Source: a virus
Lineage: Duplodnaviria > Caudoviricetes
Virus record (IMG/VR): IMGVR_UViG_3300004369_000597
Span: 1 to 54,620 of that record
Length of the DNA: 54,620 nucleotides
Strand: one strand, 5' to 3'
Below, piece after piece: positions 1-9,180 of this stretch. A program made the translations under genes and the position numbers. Under the pieces are notes generated by a model, which ran no database searches, was not told the DNA's origin, and worked only from the letters and a program-made list of their open reading frames with translations. How positions within the stretch are numbered: position 1 is the stretch's first letter; the number at the start of each line of letters is the position of its first letter.

Positions 1-358
1 CACCCTGTTTTCTAGCGGCTTTAGCAGGGGCGGCTGCTTGAGGCTGTGGCTGTTCGGGTTCAGCAACGGGTTGTTCGGGTTCAGCAACGGGTTGTTCGGG
101 TGGAGGAGTTTCTTTTTCTTCGGGTTTGCCGGGCTGGGGAGGAGCAATCAGGCCTGCGGCTTTAGCATTTTCTAATGCAGAAACAGCATCACTAACAAAA
201 TCTTTTACAAAGATGTCTTGTGCTAAAATAGTTGCGGCAGATTTACCACCACCAAATGCAGATTTGATTTTACTAGCGGCGGCGCCACCGATCATGTTTG
301 ACAGTCTTAACTCATCAATCTGCTCTGATTCTTTAATATAAATATCATCAATTTTCAT
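1..358 (-). CDS. Partial (3' end outside window) putative internal head/virion protein with a Pro/Glu/Ala-rich linker
   Basis: Not in ORF track; read manually from ATG at 358: MKIDDIYIKESEQIDELRLSNMIGGAAASKIKSAFGGG...PPPEQPVAEPEQPVAEPEQPQPQAAAPAK, open to the window edge. The N-terminus resembles the M(K/R)xx(D/E)...xxE leaders of T4-like head cargo proteins (inference). Confidence 0.75.
   Translation of the reverse strand, partial: MKIDDIYIKESEQIDELRLSNMIGGAAASKIKSAFGGGKSAATILAQDIFVKDFVSDAVSALENAKAAGLIAPPQPGKPEEKETPPPEQPVAEPEQPVAEPEQPQPQAAAPAKAARKQG
51..101. repeat. 21-bp tandem repeat (tgttcgggttcagcaacgggt, about 2.4 copies) encoding PEQPVAE repeats
   Basis: Seen directly; in frame within the 1..358 minus-strand gene. 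Confidence 0.9.
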
Positions 359-360
359 TT

Positions 361-603
361 TTAAACCTGTGTCTTTTTAATACTTTTTGAAAAGCGAGAT
401 TTGTCTCTGCCCCTAATGGCACTTATCAATTTCTTTTCCAGCATTTCAGCCTGACCTTCTTCAAAGTTTTTTTCAATAAACTCAATTAGATTAATAGCAC
501 TAGTGATAATATTGTTGCCACGAGATTCCACAATATGTGGAACATCACGGTTATTACCGATTAGTTCTAGTTCTTCCAATAGGCTTCTTGTTTTCTTTTG
601 CAT
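361..603 (-). CDS. Hypothetical phage protein (80 aa)
   Basis: Clean ORF with TAAATA at 624-629 and an AGGGAAG RBS-like sequence upstream. Confidence 0.8.
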   Translation of the reverse strand: MQKKTRSLLEELELIGNNRDVPHIVESRGNNIITSAINLIEFIEKNFEEGQAEMLEKKLISAIRGRDKSRFSKSIKKTQV

Positions 604-652
604 AAGTCCACTTCCCTTTTATATATTTATGCTATTAGGGTTTATTTTAAAT

Positions 653-2062
653 TTACTTTTTAAGGCTGTTTAACAACGATTTCAATTTAGTACTTTGTAC
701 GTCTGCGTCTACTCGTTTATTTATCGGCTCTACTTGTTCGTGGACTGCTTGATCGACTGCCCCAACTTGGCTAGTTGTCTTAAACTTATCCATAATTTGC
801 TGTGCTGAGGGCTGTGCATTTTGTGACACATTAGATGTGCCAGGGTCTGAAATTCTTAATGTTTCTATATCAAATGCTAGTTCTACTTTCTGTCCTACAC
901 CAGAACTGCTACGTGTTTTCATTAACTGAATTTGATATTGTCCGCGTTCTCTCATACTACGTGACGTAAAGATACCAAATACGTTATCTGCTGTGTTGAT
1001 TTTTGAAATACCACCTGAGATATGACTATGATCAAATTCGATTTCTTCTACTGCACTTCTGTTTAACTGTGAGGCTGTAACAAATATCAAATCAAACTCT
1101 TTTGCTAAGTTACGTAATTCTTCTGATACATACTTGTCTTTAACAAACAAGTCACTAGGACTTACTTTGGCACTTACTGGCATCAACAAGTCCAAATAGT
1201 CAACACACATAAAATCTATCTTCATGCCTGTTTGTATTTGCAATTCTTTAATATATGCTCTAAGATCGTTTACTGTACTTTGTGCTGGCATATACTTGAT
1301 TCTGAACTTGCCAGATGTTTTTTGTTTCATTTTAACTTTCATTTCAACGTTATCTAAGTCTTTAAACACTTCTTTTGCTTTAGTGTCAGTCAACATAGAA
1401 TCGATACGCATGGCTGATAGTTCTTCACTCAATTCAAGTGTAATGTACACTCCTGATAAGCCCTGTAACAACCAATTAACTGAAAGATTCTGCATGAACA
1501 AAGACTTACCTGAACCAGAACCACCTGCAAAAATTTGCAGTTCTCCTTTGTTGAAACCCCCATAAAGTTTTTGATCTAGTACGGGCCAGCCCGTAGAGTT
1601 TTGACCATTGCTTGTTTTAAGATGCATCAATCTAGCACGTGGATCAGCAAAGTAATCGATACCCATATCACGTTGTAATGAAATTTGAACCGCATCTTTA
1701 ATTAATTTTTCAACAGGATTATAGTCACCCTTTTCTAATAAGTCTGCTGACTTCATAATTGCACGTTCTAATTCTTGTCTACGTGTAAATGCTTCAAATT
1801 CAGATAAGAACCATTCGTAATGTTCATCTTGTAAATCATCCACTGGTTCAATTTCAACACTAGTTGTTGCTTTAATTTGTGTTGGGTCTGGAAGTAATTT
1901 ATATTTGCTAGAATGTTCCAGCATAAACTCTGCTACAGGTCTTAGTTTGCGATCAAAGTTTTCTGGATTAAAGATATTTGTGATTCGTACAAAAAGTTCT
2001 GCGTTTGTAACCATCATACGCAAGAATAATTCTTGCACATCAGCATTGAATTCTTTTAGCAA
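653..2062 (-). CDS. DnaB-family replicative DNA helicase (T4 gp41-like)
   Basis: Walker A GGSGSGKS, ITLE, VDYLDL, ASQLNR and KTR motifs; overlaps the primase gene. Confidence 0.95.
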   Translation of the reverse strand: MLKEFNADVQELFLRMMVTNAELFVRITNIFNPENFDRKLRPVAEFMLEHSSKYKLLPDPTQIKATTSVEIEPVDDLQDEHYEWFLSEFEAFTRRQELERAIMKSADLLEKGDYNPVEKLIKDAVQISLQRDMGIDYFADPRARLMHLKTSNGQNSTGWPVLDQKLYGGFNKGELQIFAGGSGSGKSLFMQNLSVNWLLQGLSGVYITLELSEELSAMRIDSMLTDTKAKEVFKDLDNVEMKVKMKQKTSGKFRIKYMPAQSTVNDLRAYIKELQIQTGMKIDFMCVDYLDLLMPVSAKVSPSDLFVKDKYVSEELRNLAKEFDLIFVTASQLNRSAVEEIEFDHSHISGGISKINTADNVFGIFTSRSMRERGQYQIQLMKTRSSSGVGQKVELAFDIETLRISDPGTSNVSQNAQPSAQQIMDKFKTTSQVGAVDQAVHEQVEPINKRVDADVQSTKLKSLLNSLKK

Positions 2063-3029
2063 TTTTTTTCCTCATCATTTCGATTTTAATTTTGTTGTTT
2101 GTTGCAGACTCTATAATACTTAGTAGAGTTGGCAATCTTCCATATTTAATTAGTGCATCGTTTGCATCTTTAACGCCAGTTCCCCAATTAGGTAAACTAA
2201 GTTCAAATCCCAATTCGATTGCTCTATCAATTATATCCAAGCCTGTCTTGTCCTGATCAGGAACAACAATTATACGCTTATCTAATTTTCTAATTATACT
2301 TGCTTGTTCGTCACTGATTGTATTATGACACAATGCTAATCCACTTAACGAGATAGCATCAAATATACCTTCAAATACTAAACAAATTTCCCATTCAGGT
2401 TTTTGCAAATCAGTACCAAACACATATCCTTTTTGTTGCTGATTAATATACTTAGGTTGCCTGTTATCAATATATCTGGACGTGTGACCCACTATCTTAT
2501 TTTCATATGTGTAGGGAATAATCAAACGTTGCGCCTCTCTCCCTTCAGCATCAGGTGTCACTAAAAACGGATATGCAGAATGACTAAGTCCTCTCTTTTT
2601 AAGATACGTTATAAATGGTTGATGTTTTTTATCGCCCACATAAATTAGATTGCCTTCAGGTCTAGGGCGTTCTTTAAACTTAACAACAGGGTCTTTTTTC
2701 TTTTTAGTTATAACTGAGTCTAGCAAATCTCTATGTTGTATTGACTGTAAGTTCCACTTATTAATTTGCTGATCGTCTACACCACACCAAGATAAAAAGT
2801 TACGTGTCTTTTTACTGATGCTTTTACCTAATGTAAATCCACATTTAAAGCCGCAGTTAAAACAATGATAAGACCAATTATCACCGTCGGTTCTTACACC
2901 TCCCCGTTGACGTTTGTCTGCATTGTGTCCATTATGATGACAACACGGTGCGTTGAATGAATACCATCCACTTTGTGTTAGTTTCTTTTTACCCGGTGCA
3001 ACCGTAAGTATATCAATCATACTTCGCAT
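2040..3029 (-). CDS. DNA primase (T4 gp61-like); true start probably ATG at 3020
   Basis: N-terminal Zn finger (PCCHH...HCFNCG), TOPRIM motifs EGIFDA and PDQD; adjacent to the helicase. Confidence 0.92.
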   Translation of the reverse strand: MRSMIDILTVAPGKKKLTQSGWYSFNAPCCHHNGHNADKRQRGGVRTDGDNWSYHCFNCGFKCGFTLGKSISKKTRNFLSWCGVDDQQINKWNLQSIQHRDLLDSVITKKKKDPVVKFKERPRPEGNLIYVGDKKHQPFITYLKKRGLSHSAYPFLVTPDAEGREAQRLIIPYTYENKIVGHTSRYIDNRQPKYINQQQKGYVFGTDLQKPEWEICLVFEGIFDAISLSGLALCHNTISDEQASIIRKLDKRIIVVPDQDKTGLDIIDRAIELGFELSLPNWGTGVKDANDALIKYGRLPTLLSIIESATNNKIKIEMMRKKIAKRIQC

Positions 3030-3056
3030 TATACATAAAAATTAAAGAAAATACAA
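3028..3056 (-). promoter_or_regulatory. Sigma70-like promoter TTGTAT-17-TATAAT, 7 nt before ATG 3020 (leaderless primase mRNA)
   Basis: Consensus -10, partial -35, 17-nt spacer. Confidence 0.55.
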
Positions 3057-3070
3057 CAGAAACGGTAAAC

Positions 3071-3862
3071 TTATCTTGCCAAAACGTTACCAATATTGCC
3101 CACATTAGATTCAAACTTTAGTTTGACAAACGGGTGATATCCTTCAAGGGTGTATCCAATTGTGCTAGTTTCAACAGACCCTGTGTTAGCATTACCATAC
3201 TGATATGATACAATATCATAGTATTCAGAGTCAACTAAAGTGGATCCCTGAATAGTCATGTTGCCTACGTAGTTTGAATAATGAGTTTGAATTGTTAAAA
3301 CTGGATTATTTTCTGTATTAATCACACTACTAAAAAACGTGACTGCTTCAGAGTTTGCATTTGCATTTGCATTAGGAAAGACTTGATCTGTAGGAATTGT
3401 AACTGCTTGGCTTGGTACGAATGAAGGTAGAATAGAGTTTACAATATTAAGATCGCCACGTGCTCCTGCTTTTGCATCTACGAATACTGGCAAATTTTGA
3501 TTGCCGCTTGGGTATTCTAAAGAGTACGAGCAAAACTGTGCAGGAATGTTTTCTATTTCTGCGGCAGTTGTATTGAGTTCAAAGATGCCGGTTGCTAGAT
3601 AGATAGGATCAAGTGCTTTTCTAAACAACACTGCGGTTCCATCTGAGTTTAAAATTCTAAACGATATTTGTCCAGTAAGACCGGTAAAGTCAACAGGCTT
3701 TTGTTCTTGGTTTAAGAATTGAAACTGTAGTTTGTTATCAACACCTTTGTTAAGTGTTAGTGGCTTTGAATAAACTGGCATATATTTCCTCGGACTTGTT
3801 CCATCAAGGACAACAACGATTTGTCTAATTGTATACGTGTAAACTGATGTAGTGTAAGACAC
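3071..3862 (-). CDS. Beta-rich hypothetical, probably virion-associated late protein (263 aa, GTG start)
   Basis: AGGAG RBS and TAAATA at 3886-3891 upstream; composition rich in Ser/Thr/Asn/Val. Confidence 0.7.
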   Translation of the reverse strand: MSYTTSVYTYTIRQIVVVLDGTSPRKYMPVYSKPLTLNKGVDNKLQFQFLNQEQKPVDFTGLTGQISFRILNSDGTAVLFRKALDPIYLATGIFELNTTAAEIENIPAQFCSYSLEYPSGNQNLPVFVDAKAGARGDLNIVNSILPSFVPSQAVTIPTDQVFPNANANANSEAVTFFSSVINTENNPVLTIQTHYSNYVGNMTIQGSTLVDSEYYDIVSYQYGNANTGSVETSTIGYTLEGYHPFVKLKFESNVGNIGNVLAR

Positions 3863-3947
3863 AAATCTTTAACTCCTAATAAGAGTATTTATCAGTTAGG
3901 TATATAATAATATTTTACCAATTTTTTTCCGATGTTAAATACAGATA

Positions 3948-4346
3948 ATGCCTAAGCAACAAGACAACTCGCCCATCGATTTCTTTAAAAAGTTAACCGA
4001 AACTCACCCCTTTATTTCGGTAGTCCAGTATGCCAGTCAGGACTTTGTAGGCATTGTCCAAAACCGTGATGATGTAGTCACTAGCATCTATGATTATGGT
4101 GCTATTATAGAAGAAAATTTAAAAATAAAGTTTTTAGAATTAGGCGATGTTTGGTGGTGGGAGTCTAATCGACAAATACCAATTAACCTTTTTTTAAAGG
4201 AAGAATGGACCGAATTCAAACCTTATCTAAGAACGTTCAATAACAAAAGTTTGACAATAGTACATGGTCCTATTGTCAGCATGTCTGATTTTCAAAAGAA
4301 AAGAGTAAAACGTAAATCTATTACTTTGGTGAAGCGATCTTTCTAA
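3948..4346 (+). CDS. Hypothetical phage protein (132 aa) with WWWES motif and basic tail
   Basis: One of two real-looking plus-strand genes; TAAATA at 3936-3941, 6 nt before ATG. Confidence 0.8.
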   Translation: MPKQQDNSPIDFFKKLTETHPFISVVQYASQDFVGIVQNRDDVVTSIYDYGAIIEENLKIKFLELGDVWWWESNRQIPINLFLKEEWTEFKPYLRTFNNKSLTIVHGPIVSMSDFQKKRVKRKSITLVKRSF

Positions 4347-4884
4347 GCAGTTTGTTTCGTTGACGTTGCTTTTTTGCTCTACGTTGTTTTGCCAATCGCA
4401 AACTTAAATCACTACCAACTCGTTGTTCAAAAGTAATTCCCAGCAAATGATCAAATTCGTGCAAGAACACTCTTGCTTTAATACCAGTAAGGTGCTGATC
4501 TTTGATCCACTCTCCGTTTAGTGTTTGATATGATACAACTACTTCAGGGTGACGTTTGATATGCAACCATAGATCAGGGAAACTTAAACAACCTTCTAAG
4601 TAAATTTCTTTTTCGCCTTGCAACTTTTCAACTACAGGATTGATACACACAACTAAGTCGGCATCTGTACCCATAATCAAAATACTTTTTTGTACTCCAA
4701 CTTGGTTTGCTGATAACCCTATACCCGTATGATTAGGGTTTAACATAACCTTGCCCATAGCAGTTACCAACTCAGTTGGATCACCGTCAAGTTTAAAATC
4801 CCAAGGTTCTGTGGGTTCTTGTAAGATAGGATTATTTTCAGATATAAGTTTAAGTTCTAATTTTTCTTCCATTATTTTTTGCAT
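4321..4884 (-). CDS. def: Peptide deformylase
   Basis: All three PDF motifs present: GIGLSANQ, EGCLS, HEFDH; start may be ATG 4872. Confidence 0.95.
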   Translation of the reverse strand: MQKIMEEKLELKLISENNPILQEPTEPWDFKLDGDPTELVTAMGKVMLNPNHTGIGLSANQVGVQKSILIMGTDADLVVCINPVVEKLQGEKEIYLEGCLSFPDLWLHIKRHPEVVVSYQTLNGEWIKDQHLTGIKARVFLHEFDHLLGITFEQRVGSDLSLRLAKQRRAKKQRQRNKLLRKIASPK

Positions 4885-5140
4885 CCTGATATGCTGAAAT
4901 TAATTCATCACCATCTAATTGTTCTCCAGAAAGTAAAACAATTTCACCTGATTTTAGTGTTCTTTCTATTCGTTGATCATTGTACATGATATCAAACACT
5001 TTGCCTTCTGGCTCTCTATCATCATACCAAAGTCTGGATCGATTAGAGTCAAATGAATGTATAAATTTTACACCATTTGCCCATGCTTCTGCTTCTAGTA
5101 ATAATTTTTGTCGTTCTATTCTTTCTTTATATTGTGTCAT
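4850..5140 (-). CDS. Hypothetical protein (96 aa)
   Basis: ORF overlapping both neighbours in an operon-like run. Confidence 0.7.
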   Translation of the reverse strand: MTQYKERIERQKLLLEAEAWANGVKFIHSFDSNRSRLWYDDREPEGKVFDIMYNDQRIERTLKSGEIVLLSGEQLDGDELISAYQDAKNNGRKIRT

Positions 5141-5720
5141 ACTTCAATGGGTCTTGCTCCTCTAGCAAATTCATATGCACAACAACTAACTGTGCATACG
5201 CAATTGCATGTGATTTTTTAAACGTGTATCCTGTGCTATTTTTATCCCACACAGTTTTACTTATTTCTTTAAACGTCTTGCCTATTAAATGTTTTTTACC
5301 AGGTCGTATGACACTTAAGAACATTGCTAAACGTGGAATAGAATTGACTGGTTCCGGAAAGTGACATAATGTGTCATACTGATTATTGATGTGAATTAAC
5401 TTTTCTACAAAATCTTTGTCTTTCAATCTGTCCCAGTTAGGCTCTTCCATTAACTGAATCAAATGTATTTCGTCTCTGACTTGATTATAAATGTTTACAT
5501 TAAGAACGTCTAACTTAAAGTAACCTCGTTCTTCTGCATGTTTATAATCCAACGAACACATTTTGTTTGCGGGATCATATGGAGCTTCTGTAATATAGAT
5601 ACCAGTAGGATGCTTTCTAATTGGATCAACCTCACGCATTGCCGCAGGGATATGATAGATGTGTTTAATAAGTTCTTCTCTGTTGCCACAATCAATATCA
5701 ATATCTGAATTTATTCTCAT
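5127..5720 (-). CDS. Miniature DNA polymerase III alpha (DnaE)-like protein, 197 aa
   Basis: Collinear DnaE motifs SDIDID, KHPTGIYI, GYFKLDVL, LSVIRPG, GYTFKKSHAIAYA; no PHP, HhH or OB domains. Confidence 0.85.
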   Translation of the reverse strand: MRINSDIDIDCGNREELIKHIYHIPAAMREVDPIRKHPTGIYITEAPYDPANKMCSLDYKHAEERGYFKLDVLNVNIYNQVRDEIHLIQLMEEPNWDRLKDKDFVEKLIHINNQYDTLCHFPEPVNSIPRLAMFLSVIRPGKKHLIGKTFKEISKTVWDKNSTGYTFKKSHAIAYAQLVVVHMNLLEEQDPLKYDTI

Positions 5721-6259
5721 TGTAAGCCTGCCACCATTAATTTCTTGTATGCTCTTTGCACAACTATTGCTTGATGTTCAGCATCTTCTACAGCCTTATG
5801 AGACGTCCTGTGAGCGCCGTCTTTTAGCGATACGTTGCACATGTCATAAATTGTACGTGTGTCTCTAATAGTGTAAAAAGGCCACGGAATACGCATGTCT
5901 AATTGCCTAAAGGCGTTTTCAGCCACAACAATATCAAAACCAGCACCATTACTCCAAACTGCTCTGCGGTTCCAACAGAATTTATAAAGTTTATCCATAG
6001 TATCTTTAAACGATATTCTATCTCTGTCGCCCATTGCTTCATCGATTGCTTCTTCACTTTGTTCTCCCCACCAGCGTAATGTGTCTGGATTAATTGTTCT
6101 GTTGTGTTGCTCTGTTTGATCTTCAATAGTAGGTCGCAGTTCCAAACGTTCTACTACCCCATCACCTTTGGGGTCGAAACGAACTGCACCGATTGTTAGG
6201 ATAACTGAGTCTGGATCCGTGCCCAACGTTTCCATATCAATCATTACGTCATTTGCCAT
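5717..6259 (-). CDS. DEDDh 3'-5' exonuclease (Rv2179c/RNase AS-like)
   Basis: MIDMET, WSNGAGFD, RDTRT and HKAVEDA motifs. Confidence 0.88.
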   Translation of the reverse strand: MANDVMIDMETLGTDPDSVILTIGAVRFDPKGDGVVERLELRPTIEDQTEQHNRTINPDTLRWWGEQSEEAIDEAMGDRDRISFKDTMDKLYKFCWNRRAVWSNGAGFDIVVAENAFRQLDMRIPWPFYTIRDTRTIYDMCNVSLKDGAHRTSHKAVEDAEHQAIVVQRAYKKLMVAGLQ

Positions 6260-8060
6260 AATTTTCTGTATCTAATAGTTTTAAGTTTTCTATTATATCG
6301 GATTTGACATAATTAATCAATAGTATTTCGTAATTATGGGTAACCTTTAAGGGGGCAAATGAGTGTAGTATCCTTGGATTGAATAAAACAGCAGATCCAA
6401 ATGGAACATGAATTTGAATGTGATCATTAATAAAATGACTGTCTACTAATCCGTCTGCTAAATCTGATAATGGCCAATCTTTCTCGTGGCTACTAGGTAC
6501 AAGACAAAATTCTGCACCTTTTTGATTAAGCGGCACAACAATACTTACACCCATAACATCTTGTTTATAATCTGATGCAAGTAAATTATTATATTCTGGT
6601 AATGTGTGGGGGAAAGCAATCTCTGTTTTCCATTCTGTGTTTTCATTTACTGTTATCATTTTTCTATTATAGAAAACCGAATTACGTAAATGTTGTTTAA
6701 CTTCTGCTTCGATTTCTGTATTGGTATATCCCATCTGATCAATGATTTCATATCCAATACTGTGACTTGTTAAATTCATTTTTGTTTTTAGTTGTTGCAA
6801 TTCTTCATATACATCAGGTATAAAATCTTTCATAGCACGTTTTCTAAACTTGTCTGAGTTATCAATAAAGTGCAAACAATGATCTATAAGTTGAGGATAG
6901 ACTTCTTGTTCTTCTTGTAGCCAAGTTTTAAGTAATCCAAACTGATCTTTCCACTTATCGTCTACTCCGTGAAAATAATCAATGTCTGTCATTTCACTTA
7001 ATATTTTTTCTTCTAGTTTTTGTAATTTTACTAGAGCCTTGTATCTTATTTTTTTTGATAAGACATTAGTTTTAAAGTGTGCAGGAGACCATACTCTATT
7101 AAGAAATACGCCATAGATATTATATCGATTACCATGTTCTTTGTATTTTTTAGTAAGTTCCCACCACCATTCTAATAAATCGTGTGAATGTAAAATGCTT
7201 AATAAACTTGCCGTGTGGCTTAGTGATACGGTGTACCTATCGGGATACAGTATAGTATACTCAAACATTTGCGTAACGTTTTCTTCTATCTTTTTCCACT
7301 TAAACGGATATCTGATATATTCATTTACTATGCCATATCCGTCAATAGAAACCGAAAGATGTACCTCTTTAAACTCTTGCCAAACGTCTGTCAGGTCTTG
7401 TGTTAAACCAGTTAAGTTAGTTACATAACTAATGCTTATATTTTTAGCCCGATCTAATTTAATTAATTCTTTTAAGAAACGAATGCCTTCTTCATGTATC
7501 GTTGGTTCCCCTCCCACAAACGCAATGCTTTCAACGTTGGGATATGATTGTATTAGTTCATTAACTTTGTCGTCTTCAATATAAATTTTAAGACCTTTTA
7601 AATTGTAGATATTATTTTGTAATCCACGCTTTGTATTTTTTGGTAAGTCTTTAGTTGATTGTTGATAAATGTAGTTCCATTCATCTTCCCATAATGTAGA
7701 AGCCGCCGGTCCACATGTCATGCACTTTGAATTGCATTTGTTACTGAATGTTAGGTCGAGGTATTTTACATTTGCTGGATCTACCGTTGTATCCATTGGG
7801 ATATCATTACCCAACCCTTGGTTCCAAATGGTACGCATAGAAGCGTAACCGTTTTCTTCTGATTCCTTACAGTTTACACAGCCTTTGGGCCATTTGTCAT
7901 TCTTAAGTAACTCTCTAACTTTAATTAAATGTGGATCATTGAGGTGACTTCCGTTGGTACTTTTTTCGTCATCAAACTTACCTTGAAAGTTACAACAGGG
8001 TTTATACCCTGTTTGATCAATTGATGCTGAACCAAATGCTAATGAACAATAGATTGCCAT
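6249..8060 (-). CDS. Radical SAM protein (N-terminal SPASM/twitch-like Cys cluster) fused to a C-terminal degenerate PhyH-like 2OG-Fe(II) domain
   Basis: CNSKCMTC (CxxxCxxC), GGEP, VTN, SID; N-terminal C...PCC...CxxC; C-terminal 176 aa align by eye with 8061..8774. Confidence 0.88.
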   Translation of the reverse strand: MAIYCSLAFGSASIDQTGYKPCCNFQGKFDDEKSTNGSHLNDPHLIKVRELLKNDKWPKGCVNCKESEENGYASMRTIWNQGLGNDIPMDTTVDPANVKYLDLTFSNKCNSKCMTCGPAASTLWEDEWNYIYQQSTKDLPKNTKRGLQNNIYNLKGLKIYIEDDKVNELIQSYPNVESIAFVGGEPTIHEEGIRFLKELIKLDRAKNISISYVTNLTGLTQDLTDVWQEFKEVHLSVSIDGYGIVNEYIRYPFKWKKIEENVTQMFEYTILYPDRYTVSLSHTASLLSILHSHDLLEWWWELTKKYKEHGNRYNIYGVFLNRVWSPAHFKTNVLSKKIRYKALVKLQKLEEKILSEMTDIDYFHGVDDKWKDQFGLLKTWLQEEQEVYPQLIDHCLHFIDNSDKFRKRAMKDFIPDVYEELQQLKTKMNLTSHSIGYEIIDQMGYTNTEIEAEVKQHLRNSVFYNRKMITVNENTEWKTEIAFPHTLPEYNNLLASDYKQDVMGVSIVVPLNQKGAEFCLVPSSHEKDWPLSDLADGLVDSHFINDHIQIHVPFGSAVLFNPRILHSFAPLKVTHNYEILLINYVKSDIIENLKLLDTENYGK

Positions 8061-8774
8061 TTACTTACCGTTACTCGACCAAACATTGTCTGTGCTTCTA
8101 ATGTCTTTAGCAATGTCTGGTCTTAAATAATTCATTAGTAAGATTGATCGTTTTTTAGATAGTTTTAAAGGCATTGTAGAATGCATCAATCTAGTATTAT
8201 AAAACAACATTGAACCAACTGGCATGTCTAGTTGAATTGCATTCTCCATAAACTCATTATCATAAAAACCTTCGTAACATTCTTGTATTGGCCAATCTTT
8301 TTTGTGACTGTCAAGTAACAAACCTGTTGCTCCTGTATCTTTATCCAAATCTTCTAATGGTATAATAACTTGGATACCCATTAATTCGTTGTTACCTTCT
8401 GCAACTAGATTATTGTATTTTTTAAATCGGTGTGGTGTATCTACGTGGGGACTTACCCAACGAGACGGTCCATTGATAGTAACAATATCACTTGCATAGA
8501 ATTCTGCGTCAGGTAAATATTGTTGAAGAATCGGTGCAATAATTTTATCTATTTCTTTTACTTCGTGCCAATCATCTGTGAGTTGTGACCACCATACGGC
8601 AATGCCAAATAACTTTTTACATGCATCGCCTTCAGCATATTCTTTTTTGTGTGTAGATGCTCTTACAGGATACAGCATATCTTTTTTACTGTTGATAGAA
8701 TTGATAAAATGCATTGGTACAATATCAGTAACTTGATCGTAACCTCTGCCGTTGTGAGTTAGCGTGTCATTCAT
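8061..8774 (-). CDS. Phytanoyl-CoA dioxygenase (PhyH)-family 2OG-Fe(II) oxygenase
   Basis: HVD...GAT...SH...G.MLFYN.RLMH...RS motifs. Confidence 0.85.
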   Translation of the reverse strand: MNDTLTHNGRGYDQVTDIVPMHFINSINSKKDMLYPVRASTHKKEYAEGDACKKLFGIAVWWSQLTDDWHEVKEIDKIIAPILQQYLPDAEFYASDIVTINGPSRWVSPHVDTPHRFKKYNNLVAEGNNELMGIQVIIPLEDLDKDTGATGLLLDSHKKDWPIQECYEGFYDNEFMENAIQLDMPVGSMLFYNTRLMHSTMPLKLSKKRSILLMNYLRPDIAKDIRSTDNVWSSNGK

Positions 8775-8775
8775 T

Positions 8776-9180
8776 TTAATTCCATCTTAGTTCAGTCCAA
8801 AGTTTTTCTTCGTCACTGACCAAATATATTCTAAATTCTTTTTGCCGTTCATCGTTAGCCCAACACCAATGCTGATTTAAATCTGCCTCAATGCCTAATG
8901 GTGTATGATAATGCATTTCCATATAGTCTTTGTGATCACATGATGGACCCCACGTGTCCCAACACCATTGTCTAAGAACAGTAAAGTCTACTATTCTATT
9001 TATCCTAGTATCTACTCTAGTTTGAGCCGAATACATTGAATTATTAAATCGTATATAGTCGGGTCGATTTGGGTTACGTAATTTTAAATACCATTTAAAT
9101 AAATGGTTACCGGTATGTCTACCATCTAATTTGGCAAACTGTATACCGGACAATATTTTATGATCTTTTACATTGATCAT
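8776..9180 (-). CDS. Hypothetical Trp-rich protein (134 aa)
   Basis: Clean ORF abutting neighbours; WCWDTWG and C-terminal LRW motif. Confidence 0.75.
   Translation of the reverse strand: MINVKDHKILSGIQFAKLDGRHTGNHLFKWYLKLRNPNRPDYIRFNNSMYSAQTRVDTRINRIVDFTVLRQWCWDTWGPSCDHKDYMEMHYHTPLGIEADLNQHWCWANDERQKEFRIYLVSDEEKLWTELRWN

Noticed and set aside
51-101. 21-bp tandem repeat as a possible CRISPR array or origin
   Set aside because: No spacers; it is an in-frame coding repeat (PEQPVAE) in a linker.
5127-5720. Mini-DnaE as a simple pseudogene
   Set aside because: The ORF is intact and coupled on both sides, and the deletions spare every catalytic motif, which random decay would be unlikely to do.
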